A stretch of 64,000 bases of DNA from a virus (Duplodnaviria; Caudoviricetes): the IMG/VR virus record IMGVR_UViG_3300032233_003207, positions 1-64,000 of that record; one strand, 5' to 3'. Made by a program: the position numbers and the translations under genes. This document shows positions 1 through 8,894 of this stretch, in pieces. Position 1 is the stretch's first letter; each line of letters starts with the position of its first letter. The notes beneath the pieces were generated by a model. That model did not search any database, had not been told where the DNA came from, and saw only the letters and a program-made list of their open reading frames with translations.

Positions 1-522
1 AACGTTACCTGTGAAGGTTGATGCACCAGTTACTGCTAAGCTGCCAGAAGAAGCTAAGCTACTTCCAGAGATTGCAGAACCACTGATGTTACCAGCTTGA
101 ATATTTCCAACAAAGGTAGAAGCACCAGAAACTGCTAATGAAGCACTTGAGAGTGCGCCAGAAGCTGCAAGGTTACCAGCAGAGACGTTACCTGTGAAGG
201 TAGAGGCTCCAGTTACTGCTAAGTTGCCAGAAGAAGCTAAGCTGCTTGCTGAAACGCTACCTGCGGTTAATGCACCAGTTAATGCAGAGCTACCAGCAAC
301 TGAGAGGTTGCCTTGAATAGCTGCTGGTACTGAGCCACTACCGATTAATACGCTTCCACTTGCTTGAGAAGCGCCGATTGAAAGATTGCCAGAAGCTGCA
401 TCAAGTGCTGGGGCTTCTAAGCTAGCTAAAGCACTGACCTTGTTTAATTGGACATCTTCGGAAGTTGCAATTTCACGAGAGAAGCCCTTGTCAGTCATTT
501 TTAGTGGTTTGACATAAGCCAT
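1..522 (-). CDS. Ala/Ser/Gly-rich repeat protein, probable virion fibre or decoration protein (3' end runs off the window; not in the ORF track)
   Basis: ATG at 522 with AGGAG at 530-534. Frame is open for 174 codons to base 1: MAYVKPLKMTDKGFSREIATSEDVQLNK...SLASSGNLAVTGASTFTGNVSAG... The function is inferred. Confidence 0.75.
   Translation of the reverse strand, partial: MAYVKPLKMTDKGFSREIATSEDVQLNKVSALASLEAPALDAASGNLSIGASQASGSVLIGSGSVPAAIQGNLSVAGSSALTGALTAGSVSASSLASSGNLAVTGASTFTGNVSAGNLAASGALSSASLAVSGASTFVGNIQAGNISGSAISGSSLASSGSLAVTGASTFTGNV
2..243. repeat. Internal coding repeat with a 183-nt (61-aa) period
   Basis: acgttacctgtgaagg...ccagttactgctaag.tgccagaagaagctaagct occurs at 2-60 and again at 185-243, encoding SLASSG(N/S)LAVTGASTFTGNV twice. 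Confidence 0.85.
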
Positions 523-714
523 GTAAATACTCCTATAGGTTATATTGATTATTAGACTTCTTACATATTTAAATATTTAAGACTACAATTTAATTTACCT
601 TACAAGCTTTCACTTAATAAGGACTTAAGTTATAATAACAATTAAATATTTAGCATATCTAATTGCTAAGACTTCTTAATCGTATATATATATGAAAATA
701 TTAATAAACTTACG

Positions 715-762
715 TACAAAAAACATATGGTCAAAGTAGGTTTTTTTTATTTACTTTGACCA
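715..762 (-). terminator. Probable intrinsic terminator
   Basis: Perfect 11-bp inverted repeat tggtcaaagta (728-738) / tactttgacca (752-762). On the minus strand it is followed by a T tract, and it lies just downstream of the ORF ending at 793. Confidence 0.6.
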
Positions 763-792
763 CATTATTAAGTATACTAAAAAATTAGTATA

Positions 793-1233
793 TTATTGAT
801 TTAAATTTGTATTAACATGCTCATAAATTACACCAGTACTTTCATGATAAGAAATATTGTCAAAATTAACATTATATTTTTTACCTAATTCTTCTCTAAG
901 TGCAATTAAATCCTTTAAAGATTGTTGAAAATTTGCTTGACCACGTTCAATTTCAGCTATCAATTCTCTTCCATGGGCTTCCCATGCTGCTTTTGCTTTT
1001 TCAAATTCATGTGTTTTAAGCTGAACAAACATATTAGTATTTTGATACTTTGCTTCTGCCAATTTAAATCTCAATAAATCATCTTTTTCAAATTTTTTTA
1101 CAGAATCTTCTGATTTTTGAACTTCAGTATGCTGAACAGGATCAGATTGTAATTGTTCTGTATCTAATTGCTTAGATTTATTTTTTGATTTTGCTGGTTC
1201 TTTAATTAATTCTTTTTGCTTTTCATTCTTCAT
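793..1233 (-). CDS. Hypothetical coiled-coil protein
   Basis: 146-aa ORF with a charged N-terminus and heptad-like helix. Its ATG overlaps the upstream stop (ATGA). Confidence 0.7.
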   Translation of the reverse strand: MKNEKQKELIKEPAKSKNKSKQLDTEQLQSDPVQHTEVQKSEDSVKKFEKDDLLRFKLAEAKYQNTNMFVQLKTHEFEKAKAAWEAHGRELIAEIERGQANFQQSLKDLIALREELGKKYNVNFDNISYHESTGVIYEHVNTNLNQ

Positions 1234-2120
1234 AATACTCTCTCCGTATAACTTGGTGATAAATTAAGTAAAAGTTTTGTTTGCGTTAAAGCAACACCAA
1301 TCTGCTGAACGAATACTGATCCAGTATAAGCAACTGGCGGTATATTAGTTATACTACCAGAAGTTCCAACAAAATAAGTAGCTCCAGGTATTAATCCTGA
1401 TAACTCTACAATTGCAGAAGAAACTATTACACCTTCAGTATCATTATTTTTAGTAACTAAAACGCCAACTACTGGCATTTTAGCTTCATCGTCGGCACTT
1501 GCCTGGGCAACTTTAATTGAAGTTGTAGCCGTAGACGATACACAAACTAAATCTAAAACAGATAATCCTGTCTCTAATTCAGCAGTAAAAGTTACACTAT
1601 TATCGCCAGTTGGACCTTGTGGACCAATACTACCAGTTGGACCTTGTGGACCAATATCGCCTGTTGAACCTTGTAAACCAAGACTGCCAGTAGGACCTTG
1701 AATACCAACATTACCTTGTGTACCTTGGTAACCGATAATGCCTTGTAAGCCCTGCTCACCAATATTACCTTGATAGCCTATAGGTCCAGTATTTCCTATA
1801 ACGCCTTGTATACCTTGAGCGCCAGTAGGACCTTGAGGACCCTGTAAACCTATTGCGCCTTGTAAGCCTTGCGAGCCTTGAAGACCTCTAGGACCTGTAG
1901 CGCCTGTAAATCCAGAATTACTTCCTTGAGGACCTTTTGAGCCTTGTAAGCCTTGTGGACCAGTATAGCCAATAACACCTTGAGGACCAGTTTTACCAGT
2001 AGAGCCTTGAAGACCAGTAGGTCCAGGAGGACCTTGTGGACCTATGATCTCAATTTCTGGATCGGTAACATATTTAGTTCCGTCCCATCTGACATATCCT
2101 GGTTTCAGTAAGTTATTCAT
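1230..2120 (-). CDS. Collagen-like fibre protein with a C-terminal capsid-cement/decoration-like domain
   Basis: About 49 Gly-X-Y triplets (aa 27-174, one interruption). The C-terminus (VAQASADD..MPVVGVLV...LSGLIPGATYFVGTSGSIT..PP...VQQIGVAL) resembles cement/beta-tulip domains. Confidence 0.8.
   Translation of the reverse strand: MNNLLKPGYVRWDGTKYVTDPEIEIIGPQGPPGPTGLQGSTGKTGPQGVIGYTGPQGLQGSKGPQGSNSGFTGATGPRGLQGSQGLQGAIGLQGPQGPTGAQGIQGVIGNTGPIGYQGNIGEQGLQGIIGYQGTQGNVGIQGPTGSLGLQGSTGDIGPQGPTGSIGPQGPTGDNSVTFTAELETGLSVLDLVCVSSTATTSIKVAQASADDEAKMPVVGVLVTKNNDTEGVIVSSAIVELSGLIPGATYFVGTSGSITNIPPVAYTGSVFVQQIGVALTQTKLLLNLSPSYTERVL
1599..2042 (-). repeat. Collagen Gly-X-Y repeat tract
   Basis: Repeated GPQ/GLQ/GPT/GST triplets, seen on the + strand as 9-nt periodic ggaccttg/accttg motifs. 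Confidence 0.95.
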
Positions 2121-2182
2121 TTACGCTCAAAAGTATTTTAATAATGTGTTATTTTATATATCATAGTATACTATATTGTATT

Positions 2183-2734
2183 TTACATATTTACTTTAGA
2201 CAATACTGTATCAATTAGCTTAACTCTTTCTTGCATATTATGCATATTTATCTGGATATGAGGCAATTCAAACATTTCAACTAAAAATTTAACCATTGCA
2301 TCAATAGCAATGATTCCATCCCATTTTAGTGTTTCTCTAACGCCATCTGCTTTTAGTGTAGCTTTACTTGGTCTAACAAAAAAAATATAGGAATCAGATT
2401 TTTTTAAACATTTTACATATTCTTTTAATTCTTTAGAATTAATTAGTTCTGGCAAAATTCTAGAATGTTGCGCAGCATAAGCTAAGTTATCAAAACTTCT
2501 ATCTGAAACAAAACTTGTATATTTTGTCTCTTCTTGTAGTTGCCGATAAAATACTTCTTTTTGATAAGAGTCTACAATATTAAGATCATATCTTAAAGAG
2601 TCTAATTGTAATTCTTGTTCTGATAATACTTGTCTAGCCACCTCCACTATCATTGGAATATTATATTTCTGAGAAATATAGCGTGCTAATGTACTTTTCC
2701 CAGAACTATGACTGCCTACTAAATAAACTTTCAT
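2183..2734 (-). CDS. P-loop nucleotide kinase/ATPase (NadR/AAA_28 or thymidylate-kinase-like)
   Basis: MKVYLVGSHSSGKSTLARYI contains a Walker A at the N-terminus, followed by a DRSFDNLAY motif. The start was moved from 2761 to the ATG at 2734. Confidence 0.7.
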   Translation of the reverse strand: MKVYLVGSHSSGKSTLARYISQKYNIPMIVEVARQVLSEQELQLDSLRYDLNIVDSYQKEVFYRQLQEETKYTSFVSDRSFDNLAYAAQHSRILPELINSKELKEYVKCLKKSDSYIFFVRPSKATLKADGVRETLKWDGIIAIDAMVKFLVEMFELPHIQINMHNMQERVKLIDTVLSKVNM

Positions 2735-2774
2735 AACTTCATACCTATAAATATTTAACAAATTTAATGCGTTA

Positions 2775-2954
2775 TTATTGGCTTATGATATCAGAAATTA
2801 AATTTTTAAATTGCTCCATAGTTAATTCTACGGCATTTGTTGTCTTTTTTAAAGGATTATCATGACTTTTTGCAGATATAATAATAGTAATTTTGCCTGG
2901 ATATTCTGACTTCTTAAATTCAACATAGCTCTTATCTTCAAAAGATATTTTCAT
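2775..2954 (-). CDS. Small hypothetical protein, 59 aa (not in the ORF track)
   Basis: MKISFEDKSYVEFKKSEYPGKITIIISAKSHDNPLKKTTNAVELTMEQFKNLISDIISQ. ATG overlaps the map stop codon (ATGA) and the ORF fills the gap. Confidence 0.65.
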   Translation of the reverse strand: MKISFEDKSYVEFKKSEYPGKITIIISAKSHDNPLKKTTNAVELTMEQFKNLISDIISQ

Positions 2955-3757
2955 AAATTTTCCCTATTAGTAATAATTTCTACATGATCTGAATGAATAA
3001 ATATAGTATGCTCTGCATGTGCGCCTATATTTTCAGTAACTACAGTCCAGCCATCTTGAAGAACTTTGGTACTATTATCTCCGATAACCAACATTGGCTC
3101 AATAGCAATTGATAATCCTGGCTGTATTCTTATACCTTCATTTAAATTTGATTTATTTGGTACAAATGGAGCTGTATGAGGATTGTTCCAAGAAAGTCCA
3201 TGTCCCCCATAATGAGTTACTAGTCCAAAATTATTAGATTTTGCATATTTAGAAATTGTATACCCAATCACTCCTAATTGCTTACCAGTTTCAATTGAAC
3301 TAATTGCTTTATTTAAGCACTCTTCTGTCGCATTAATTAATTCAATATGTCTTTGATCTTTTGCATTTCCAAATATACAAGTAATTGCTGAGTCGGCAAT
3401 TGCTCCATCAAATGTTGCTCCTAAATCAAAACTAACAACATCACCTTCTTCTAATTTATAATCTTTAGGTATTCCATGAACTAATTCTTTATTAACAGAA
3501 ATACATACTCCGGATGGAAACCCCTTATAGCCTTTAAAAGTAGGAGTGCATCCAGAATTATAAATATATTCTTCTGCAATAGAATTTAATTCTAATAGAG
3601 ATTTAGTAGTTTTATCAATAACTAATTGTTTTAATAACGACAAAGTTTTAGCTACAACTTTTCCTGCAACTCTTTGTTTATTTAACCAGTCTGAATTTTT
3701 CAATTCAATAAAACTATTTTCTGCAAATGCTTCTTTACTTACTATTCGCATACGCAA
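2951..3757 (-). CDS. map: Type I methionine aminopeptidase
   Basis: CISVNKELVHGIP, DLG...ADSAIT, GGHGL, HTAP, IEPM, GWTV and HAEHT are present, so all five metal ligands (D, D, H, E, E) are retained. Confidence 0.95.
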   Translation of the reverse strand: MRMRIVSKEAFAENSFIELKNSDWLNKQRVAGKVVAKTLSLLKQLVIDKTTKSLLELNSIAEEYIYNSGCTPTFKGYKGFPSGVCISVNKELVHGIPKDYKLEEGDVVSFDLGATFDGAIADSAITCIFGNAKDQRHIELINATEECLNKAISSIETGKQLGVIGYTISKYAKSNNFGLVTHYGGHGLSWNNPHTAPFVPNKSNLNEGIRIQPGLSIAIEPMLVIGDNSTKVLQDGWTVVTENIGAHAEHTIFIHSDHVEIITNRENL

Positions 3758-3766
3758 CCTTAAATT

Positions 3767-4012
3767 TTATTTAATTATTCCAGATTTAATATTTGTAATT
3801 CTGGCAACTTCTTCTATTGCCTTTCTTACATCCTTATAGCCAATATATTCTTTAAATGAATCGTTTTGAAGCATTTTAATAATTTTATTATCTATTAAAA
3901 TTAGCATTCCGTTCAGTACATTTACTGTTGCTCGATCTATAGTATGATTCTCTAAAGAATTAGCAACATATTTTCTTATATTAATTAAATCATTAATTTC
4001 TTGCAAATCCAT
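3767..4012 (-). CDS. Hypothetical protein
   Basis: 81-aa ORF tightly packed in the operon with a plausible start. Confidence 0.65.
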   Translation of the reverse strand: MDLQEINDLINIRKYVANSLENHTIDRATVNVLNGMLILIDNKIIKMLQNDSFKEYIGYKDVRKAIEEVARITNIKSGIIK

Positions 4013-4014
4013 AA

Positions 4015-4284
4015 TTACTTACCTTGTGTAGATTGATTTCCGCCTCTAATAATTTCTCCACCCTCTGTAATAGCATCTACTTCAGTAAGTTTATATTTCA
4101 TATAAATTTGTAAAACAGTATATTTATATGCAATTTCTGCAGTATCATTTTGTGCAAGAGCTTTTTCAGCTTGAGCTAAAGCTAATTTTTTATTAGATTT
4201 AGCTAGTTCTAAAGCCATTTTATCTAAATCTGAAATTTTTTCTAAAGCTGTACTTTCATTATTTAAAACATGAACTTCTTCCAT
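4015..4284 (-). CDS. Hypothetical coiled-coil protein
   Basis: 89-aa ORF with an AGGAG RBS upstream and an Ala/Leu/Lys heptad helix. Confidence 0.7.
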   Translation of the reverse strand: MEEVHVLNNESTALEKISDLDKMALELAKSNKKLALAQAEKALAQNDTAEIAYKYTVLQIYMKYKLTEVDAITEGGEIIRGGNQSTQGK

Positions 4285-4294
4285 AACTTGCTCC

Positions 4295-5605
4295 TTATAA
4301 AATTTCTGCAGCCTTAGATGCTAATCTACTTCGCTCACCTTTAACTAAGGTAACATGTCCTGCTATATTAGAATATTTAAATTTTTCAATAACATGTGTT
4401 AATCCATTATTAATAGCATCTAGTTCAGGATTATCGATTTGCTCTATATCACCTGTTAAAATAATTTTAGTACCTTCACCCGCACGAGTTAAAATAGTTT
4501 TAATATCTTCTTTTGTAATATTTTGACACTCATCTACAATTAAAATAGAATTAGGTATACTTCTTCCACGAATATACGTAATTGCTTCCATTTCAATTTG
4601 ACCTTTTTTCTGATACATTTCTAATGTGCGGCGCCAATCGCTAGAATTTTTACTTGAAAAAAGTAATTCAAAATTATCTAATATAGCCTGAAACCATGGA
4701 GCCAATTTTTCATTTAATGTTCCTGGTAAAAATCCAATATCATTACCAACAGATTGTATTGGTCTATAAATAATTAATTTACTATATTCTTTTTTACTTA
4801 GTACTAAGTCTAAAGCGCAGGCTAATACTACTAGGCTCTTACCGGTTCCCGCTTTTCCTATTAATGTTATTAAGTCTATATTCTTGTCCATTATCAAATC
4901 CATAGCAAAAGCTTGCTCTTTATTTTTACTATGAATTCCCCATGGAGTATGTTTTTTAATTAATTTGATCTTATCATCATCAACTTTTCGACCCATTGAT
5001 AGAATATTGCCTTCATTATCTTCAAAATAAATACATTCATTTGAATGTAATGAAATGCTATTTTCTAATGGATTTATTGATCCTTTTTTATGTAACTCTT
5101 CACCTAAATCTGTATCTTTAACAATTTTGATTCCAGAATATAATTCATTAAAATTATTAACTCCTAGATCATAAGAAATTGCATTTAAAGATCTTGACTT
5201 AGCCTTAACTCTTAAATTAATATCATTACTAACTAGTGTTACATCTTTAGATGGATGATTCTTTAAATTTAAAAGGGCGCAAGCTAAAATTTGAGTATCC
5301 CCGTATGTAGGGTCTCCAAGACCTGAATATTCAGGACTGTTCATATAAAAATATGTTGTATCAATTTTTATAAGAATATCCTCTTCTACTAAAACGCCTT
5401 CGCTGATATTACCTTTAGAACTTATTTCATCTAATGACTTTACTGCAATTCTAGCATTTTTGCCAACCTCATTAGATTGTTTTTTTAAATTATCTAATTC
5501 ATTTAGAACTGCTATTGGAATAACAATATCACTATGATTAAAATTTTTATAGCAAAAAGGATCTGAAATTATTACTGAGGTATCTAAAATATATGTAGTT
5601 CTCAT
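4295..5605 (-). CDS. phoH: PIN domain-PhoH ATPase fusion (PhoH2/YlaK-like)
   Basis: PIN motifs YILDTSV, VLNELD, GDTQIL and SNDINLR. PhoH motifs GKAGTGKS, IGFLPG..EKLAPW, YIRGRS, DECQN and GDIEQID. Confidence 0.92.
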   Translation of the reverse strand: MRTTYILDTSVIISDPFCYKNFNHSDIVIPIAVLNELDNLKKQSNEVGKNARIAVKSLDEISSKGNISEGVLVEEDILIKIDTTYFYMNSPEYSGLGDPTYGDTQILACALLNLKNHPSKDVTLVSNDINLRVKAKSRSLNAISYDLGVNNFNELYSGIKIVKDTDLGEELHKKGSINPLENSISLHSNECIYFEDNEGNILSMGRKVDDDKIKLIKKHTPWGIHSKNKEQAFAMDLIMDKNIDLITLIGKAGTGKSLVVLACALDLVLSKKEYSKLIIYRPIQSVGNDIGFLPGTLNEKLAPWFQAILDNFELLFSSKNSSDWRRTLEMYQKKGQIEMEAITYIRGRSIPNSILIVDECQNITKEDIKTILTRAGEGTKIILTGDIEQIDNPELDAINNGLTHVIEKFKYSNIAGHVTLVKGERSRLASKAAEIL

Positions 5606-5973
5606 TCTGTCTCTTGTTCTTCAAATATAGTCCAATAGTTTACATGCATCTCTAAATATAGTTTTTTTTTAGGATCTAGTTGTCTTAGATCTTTTTTTAA
5701 TTTGTAATTACATGGATGCCACTCTCCTACAAGTTCGCCATCTACATAGACTTGCATATGACCATCTAAATCTTCTATAACTTGAATTCCGTAAGTAGCT
5801 AATATATTTCTTAATTTAATTTTTTGATCAATAGATAAATTAACTTCCCCTTGCCAAAATTCATTTACTTGAACACCCATTTGTTCTAATAGAGTATAAA
5901 GAAATTTATTTTTTTCTTCTTCCTCTACTTGTTTAGTGTTCTCATCATAATTTAAAAGTAATGTGCCTTTCAT
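5602..5973 (-). CDS. Hypothetical protein
   Basis: 123-aa ORF whose stop overlaps the phoH start (ATGA). Confidence 0.7.
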   Translation of the reverse strand: MKGTLLLNYDENTKQVEEEEKNKFLYTLLEQMGVQVNEFWQGEVNLSIDQKIKLRNILATYGIQVIEDLDGHMQVYVDGELVGEWHPCNYKLKKDLRQLDPKKKLYLEMHVNYWTIFEEQETE

Positions 5974-6011
5974 TTATATTTAAAATACCTATTAATTAGT
6001 ATAATTATAAT

Positions 6012-8894
6012 TTAGCCTTCACATGCCTTACATTCTTCTTTTTGTCTATTTACTGAGTCGCCCTTCAAAGCAGCTTCAGATCTACAATAATATAGTCCTT
6101 TTAAACCTTCTTCCCAGGCTAGCATATGAACGCTATGTATATACTTAGGATCAGAATTTTTAGCAAAAAACAAGTTTACACTTTGACCTTGGTCAATATA
6201 TTTTTGTCTTTGACCTGCTTGTTTAATAATAGCATGCTGATTGATTTCTCTTGCTGTTAAAAATACTTCTTTTTCTTTATCATTTAAGCATTTTAATTCA
6301 GAAACGCTACCATTATTTTCATTTATTTGTTTCCAGATGTCAATATTGTCCATACCCTTTTCAGCTAATAATTGTTTAAGAATTGGATTTGTTCTCATGA
6401 ATGTGCCCTTGGCTGTTTTTAGAGCAACAACATTTGCCGATATAGGCTCAATACCAGCAGAAACACTTCCTGAAATAATAGAGTTAGATACTGTTGGAGC
6501 TACAGCTAATTGATGAGTATTTCGGATTCCAAAACCTTTGCACCATTCTGGTTCGCCATATTCTTTTGCAAGATCTTCGCTAGCAACTCTAGCTTCTTTT
6601 TGCATATTTCTAAAAATTTCACCATTCAACATCATTGCTTGAAAACTGTCAAATGGCAAATTTTTCTTTTGTAACAAAGAATGCCAGCCTAATACTCCAA
6701 GACCAAGTGCTCTTGATTTTTCAGCAAATCTAACAGCAGATTCAAATCCTGGCACGTTCTTTGCCTTGTCGATATATTCTTGCATTACAGCATCTAAAAA
6801 CCATATTGACAATTGAACAGCATTTGTATTTTTCCATTCATCATATTTGAATAAATTCATACTTGATAAACAGCAAACAAATGTATGATCTGGATCTGTA
6901 TGAAGATAGATTTCATTACATATATTACTTGTTTTAATAGTAAGATTATTTTTTACATAACATTCTGGTTTTTGCCTATCAACATTGTCTGTAAAAAATA
7001 AATATGGCTCTCCAGTTTCAAACCTAGCTTTTAATATTTCTTTCCATAAATATCTTTCGTGCTCACCACCATCTTTTACTTTCTGCATAAAATCATCTTT
7101 GATACAAACAGCATGGTGTAAATTAAGGCAGCGTCGATTAACATCACCTACTGGACGGCGAATATTAATAAACTCTTCTATGTCCGAATGTTCTACAGGT
7201 AAGTAAACAGCTGAAGCGCCTCTACGAACTGATCCTTGACTTACAGCAACAGTAGTAGAATCATAGCATTTTAACCATGGTATAACGCCTTCTGACTTGC
7301 CATTACCAGCAATACTAGCTCCACGACCTCTTACATCTCCAACATAAATTCCTACGCCAGCACCATTTTTAGATAACAATGCAAGCTCTGTTTGTTTTTC
7401 AAATATACTACGGACACTATCGCCTACATGAATCGAGTTGCAATTATGCACAATTACGCCTTGGGCAGAAAAAGAATGATCGTCTGCAACAGTAATATCA
7501 AAAACCTCTTCATTTTCTTGCAATTTTTCTAAAGAAATTATAGGACAATAGCGAAGCTTACCAAACTGAATTCCTGACTGTGAATTAAATTTTGATAATT
7601 TAATGCTGTTTGGAGCTAAAGATCTTAAAGAATACACATATTTTGTTTTGCCGATATTACTTGGTTTAGATTGCATCTGCAAGCTGCATCCAAGACCTAA
7701 TTTTAAGCAAATGTTATAAGCGCCTAATAAAAGTTCTGGATTTGCCAGAGTAAGGCTCCATACTTGGCTTCTATTATCATTTTCTTTAATAAAATGACCA
7801 TCTCCAATTAATAATCCATCAAGAAAGCTTTGCAACTTATCTTTTGGCAAATCCAATATCCATTGAGGGATAGATTTTGTCTTACAATCTACTCCAAACT
7901 CTTTGGTAAAGAAGTTTCCAACTGCTTTTGAATTCATATTACATGATAGCCATCTGCAAACTTTACCTTTTGCAAAATTATCTCGCTGGTATTCGGATTC
8001 ATAGAAATTGCCATTGATATTAAATTTTTCACCAATGATTGACATCCATTTTTTAGCAAGATCAATCTCTTCTACATTCAAAGTAATTCTAATTCCATTG
8101 GGATCTTTATTAGAAGAAGTAGATCTGCTTCCTTCAGCCATCCACAATCCAAGAGCCCATGCGAGATCATTATCTACTTCAATTTTTCTTGTTACTTTTG
8201 CATAGTAAGATACTGTACCGGTATTTTTACTAGGAACTTTATTTTCTGATTTTTTAATCAGTTTATTATCTTCTTCAATAAATTGATAATCTACGTAATT
8301 CGACATGTCTATTGTATAATCTTTTTCTACAAAATCAATGTCTTGATTTGTGGCAATAAAATGAATGCTTGGATTTAATTTGTCTACACGAATCCATCCT
8401 AAGTTAGTTAGAACAGGATGATTACCGGTGATTTTAAGCGGAGTAGTTCTAGTAGCAACAACTAATTTATATAAATCGTCAGTGCTCATTCTAGATTTTT
8501 TGGCAATTACTTTTTTATACCTACCCTCATGAGTAAGTAACTCATCGCCAATCTCAATGTTTTTGATTTTCTTTCCAGAATTCTTTGTATTTAGCCAAGT
8601 ATCTCCAACCAAACAGCTGATCGGAAGCCCCCTAGTTGTACCCATATTACTTAATACAGGCGTTGCTCCACAAAGCCAATTTTTCCAAAATAATTCAAAA
8701 AATTTATCTTCTAATTCAGGCTTATTTAGACGTTTAGCGGCTGAAGAACAAACTCGCTTCCACATATCTTTTGGAGTTTCACCGTCCAAAAGATATCCGT
8801 TTTGCAAGGTAGTAAGACCTTCATCGGTAAGCCATTCTGGTGCAAGCTTATTTTCTTTTAATTCTTCTAAAGTCATCATATTAAAACCTTTCAT
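6012..8894 (-). CDS. nrdA: Class Ia ribonucleotide reductase alpha subunit, no ATP-cone, intein-containing (about 569 aa after splicing)
   Basis: GATPVLSN..RGLPIS/C, NICNEI (thiyl-radical Cys), VCCLSS, APTVSNS, KGLYY and a C-terminal CKAC are all present. Confidence 0.95.
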   Translation of the reverse strand: MKGFNMMTLEELKENKLAPEWLTDEGLTTLQNGYLLDGETPKDMWKRVCSSAAKRLNKPELEDKFFELFWKNWLCGATPVLSNMGTTRGLPISCLVGDTWLNTKNSGKKIKNIEIGDELLTHEGRYKKVIAKKSRMSTDDLYKLVVATRTTPLKITGNHPVLTNLGWIRVDKLNPSIHFIATNQDIDFVEKDYTIDMSNYVDYQFIEEDNKLIKKSENKVPSKNTGTVSYYAKVTRKIEVDNDLAWALGLWMAEGSRSTSSNKDPNGIRITLNVEEIDLAKKWMSIIGEKFNINGNFYESEYQRDNFAKGKVCRWLSCNMNSKAVGNFFTKEFGVDCKTKSIPQWILDLPKDKLQSFLDGLLIGDGHFIKENDNRSQVWSLTLANPELLLGAYNICLKLGLGCSLQMQSKPSNIGKTKYVYSLRSLAPNSIKLSKFNSQSGIQFGKLRYCPIISLEKLQENEEVFDITVADDHSFSAQGVIVHNCNSIHVGDSVRSIFEKQTELALLSKNGAGVGIYVGDVRGRGASIAGNGKSEGVIPWLKCYDSTTVAVSQGSVRRGASAVYLPVEHSDIEEFINIRRPVGDVNRRCLNLHHAVCIKDDFMQKVKDGGEHERYLWKEILKARFETGEPYLFFTDNVDRQKPECYVKNNLTIKTSNICNEIYLHTDPDHTFVCCLSSMNLFKYDEWKNTNAVQLSIWFLDAVMQEYIDKAKNVPGFESAVRFAEKSRALGLGVLGWHSLLQKKNLPFDSFQAMMLNGEIFRNMQKEARVASEDLAKEYGEPEWCKGFGIRNTHQLAVAPTVSNSIISGSVSAGIEPISANVVALKTAKGTFMRTNPILKQLLAEKGMDNIDIWKQINENNGSVSELKCLNDKEKEVFLTAREINQHAIIKQAGQRQKYIDQGQSVNLFFAKNSDPKYIHSVHMLAWEEGLKGLYYCRSEAALKGDSVNRQKEECKACEG
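7443..8615 (-). mobile_element. Intein with LAGLIDADG homing endonuclease (391 aa, residues 94-484 of NrdA)
   Basis: Begins CLVGDTW and has block B (ITGNHPVLT), block C (LGLWMAEGS), block E (FLDGLLIGDG) and the end VFDITV..DHSF...VIVHN, followed by a +1 Cys. The exteins rejoin as RGLPIS-CNSIHVGDS. Confidence 0.95.
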
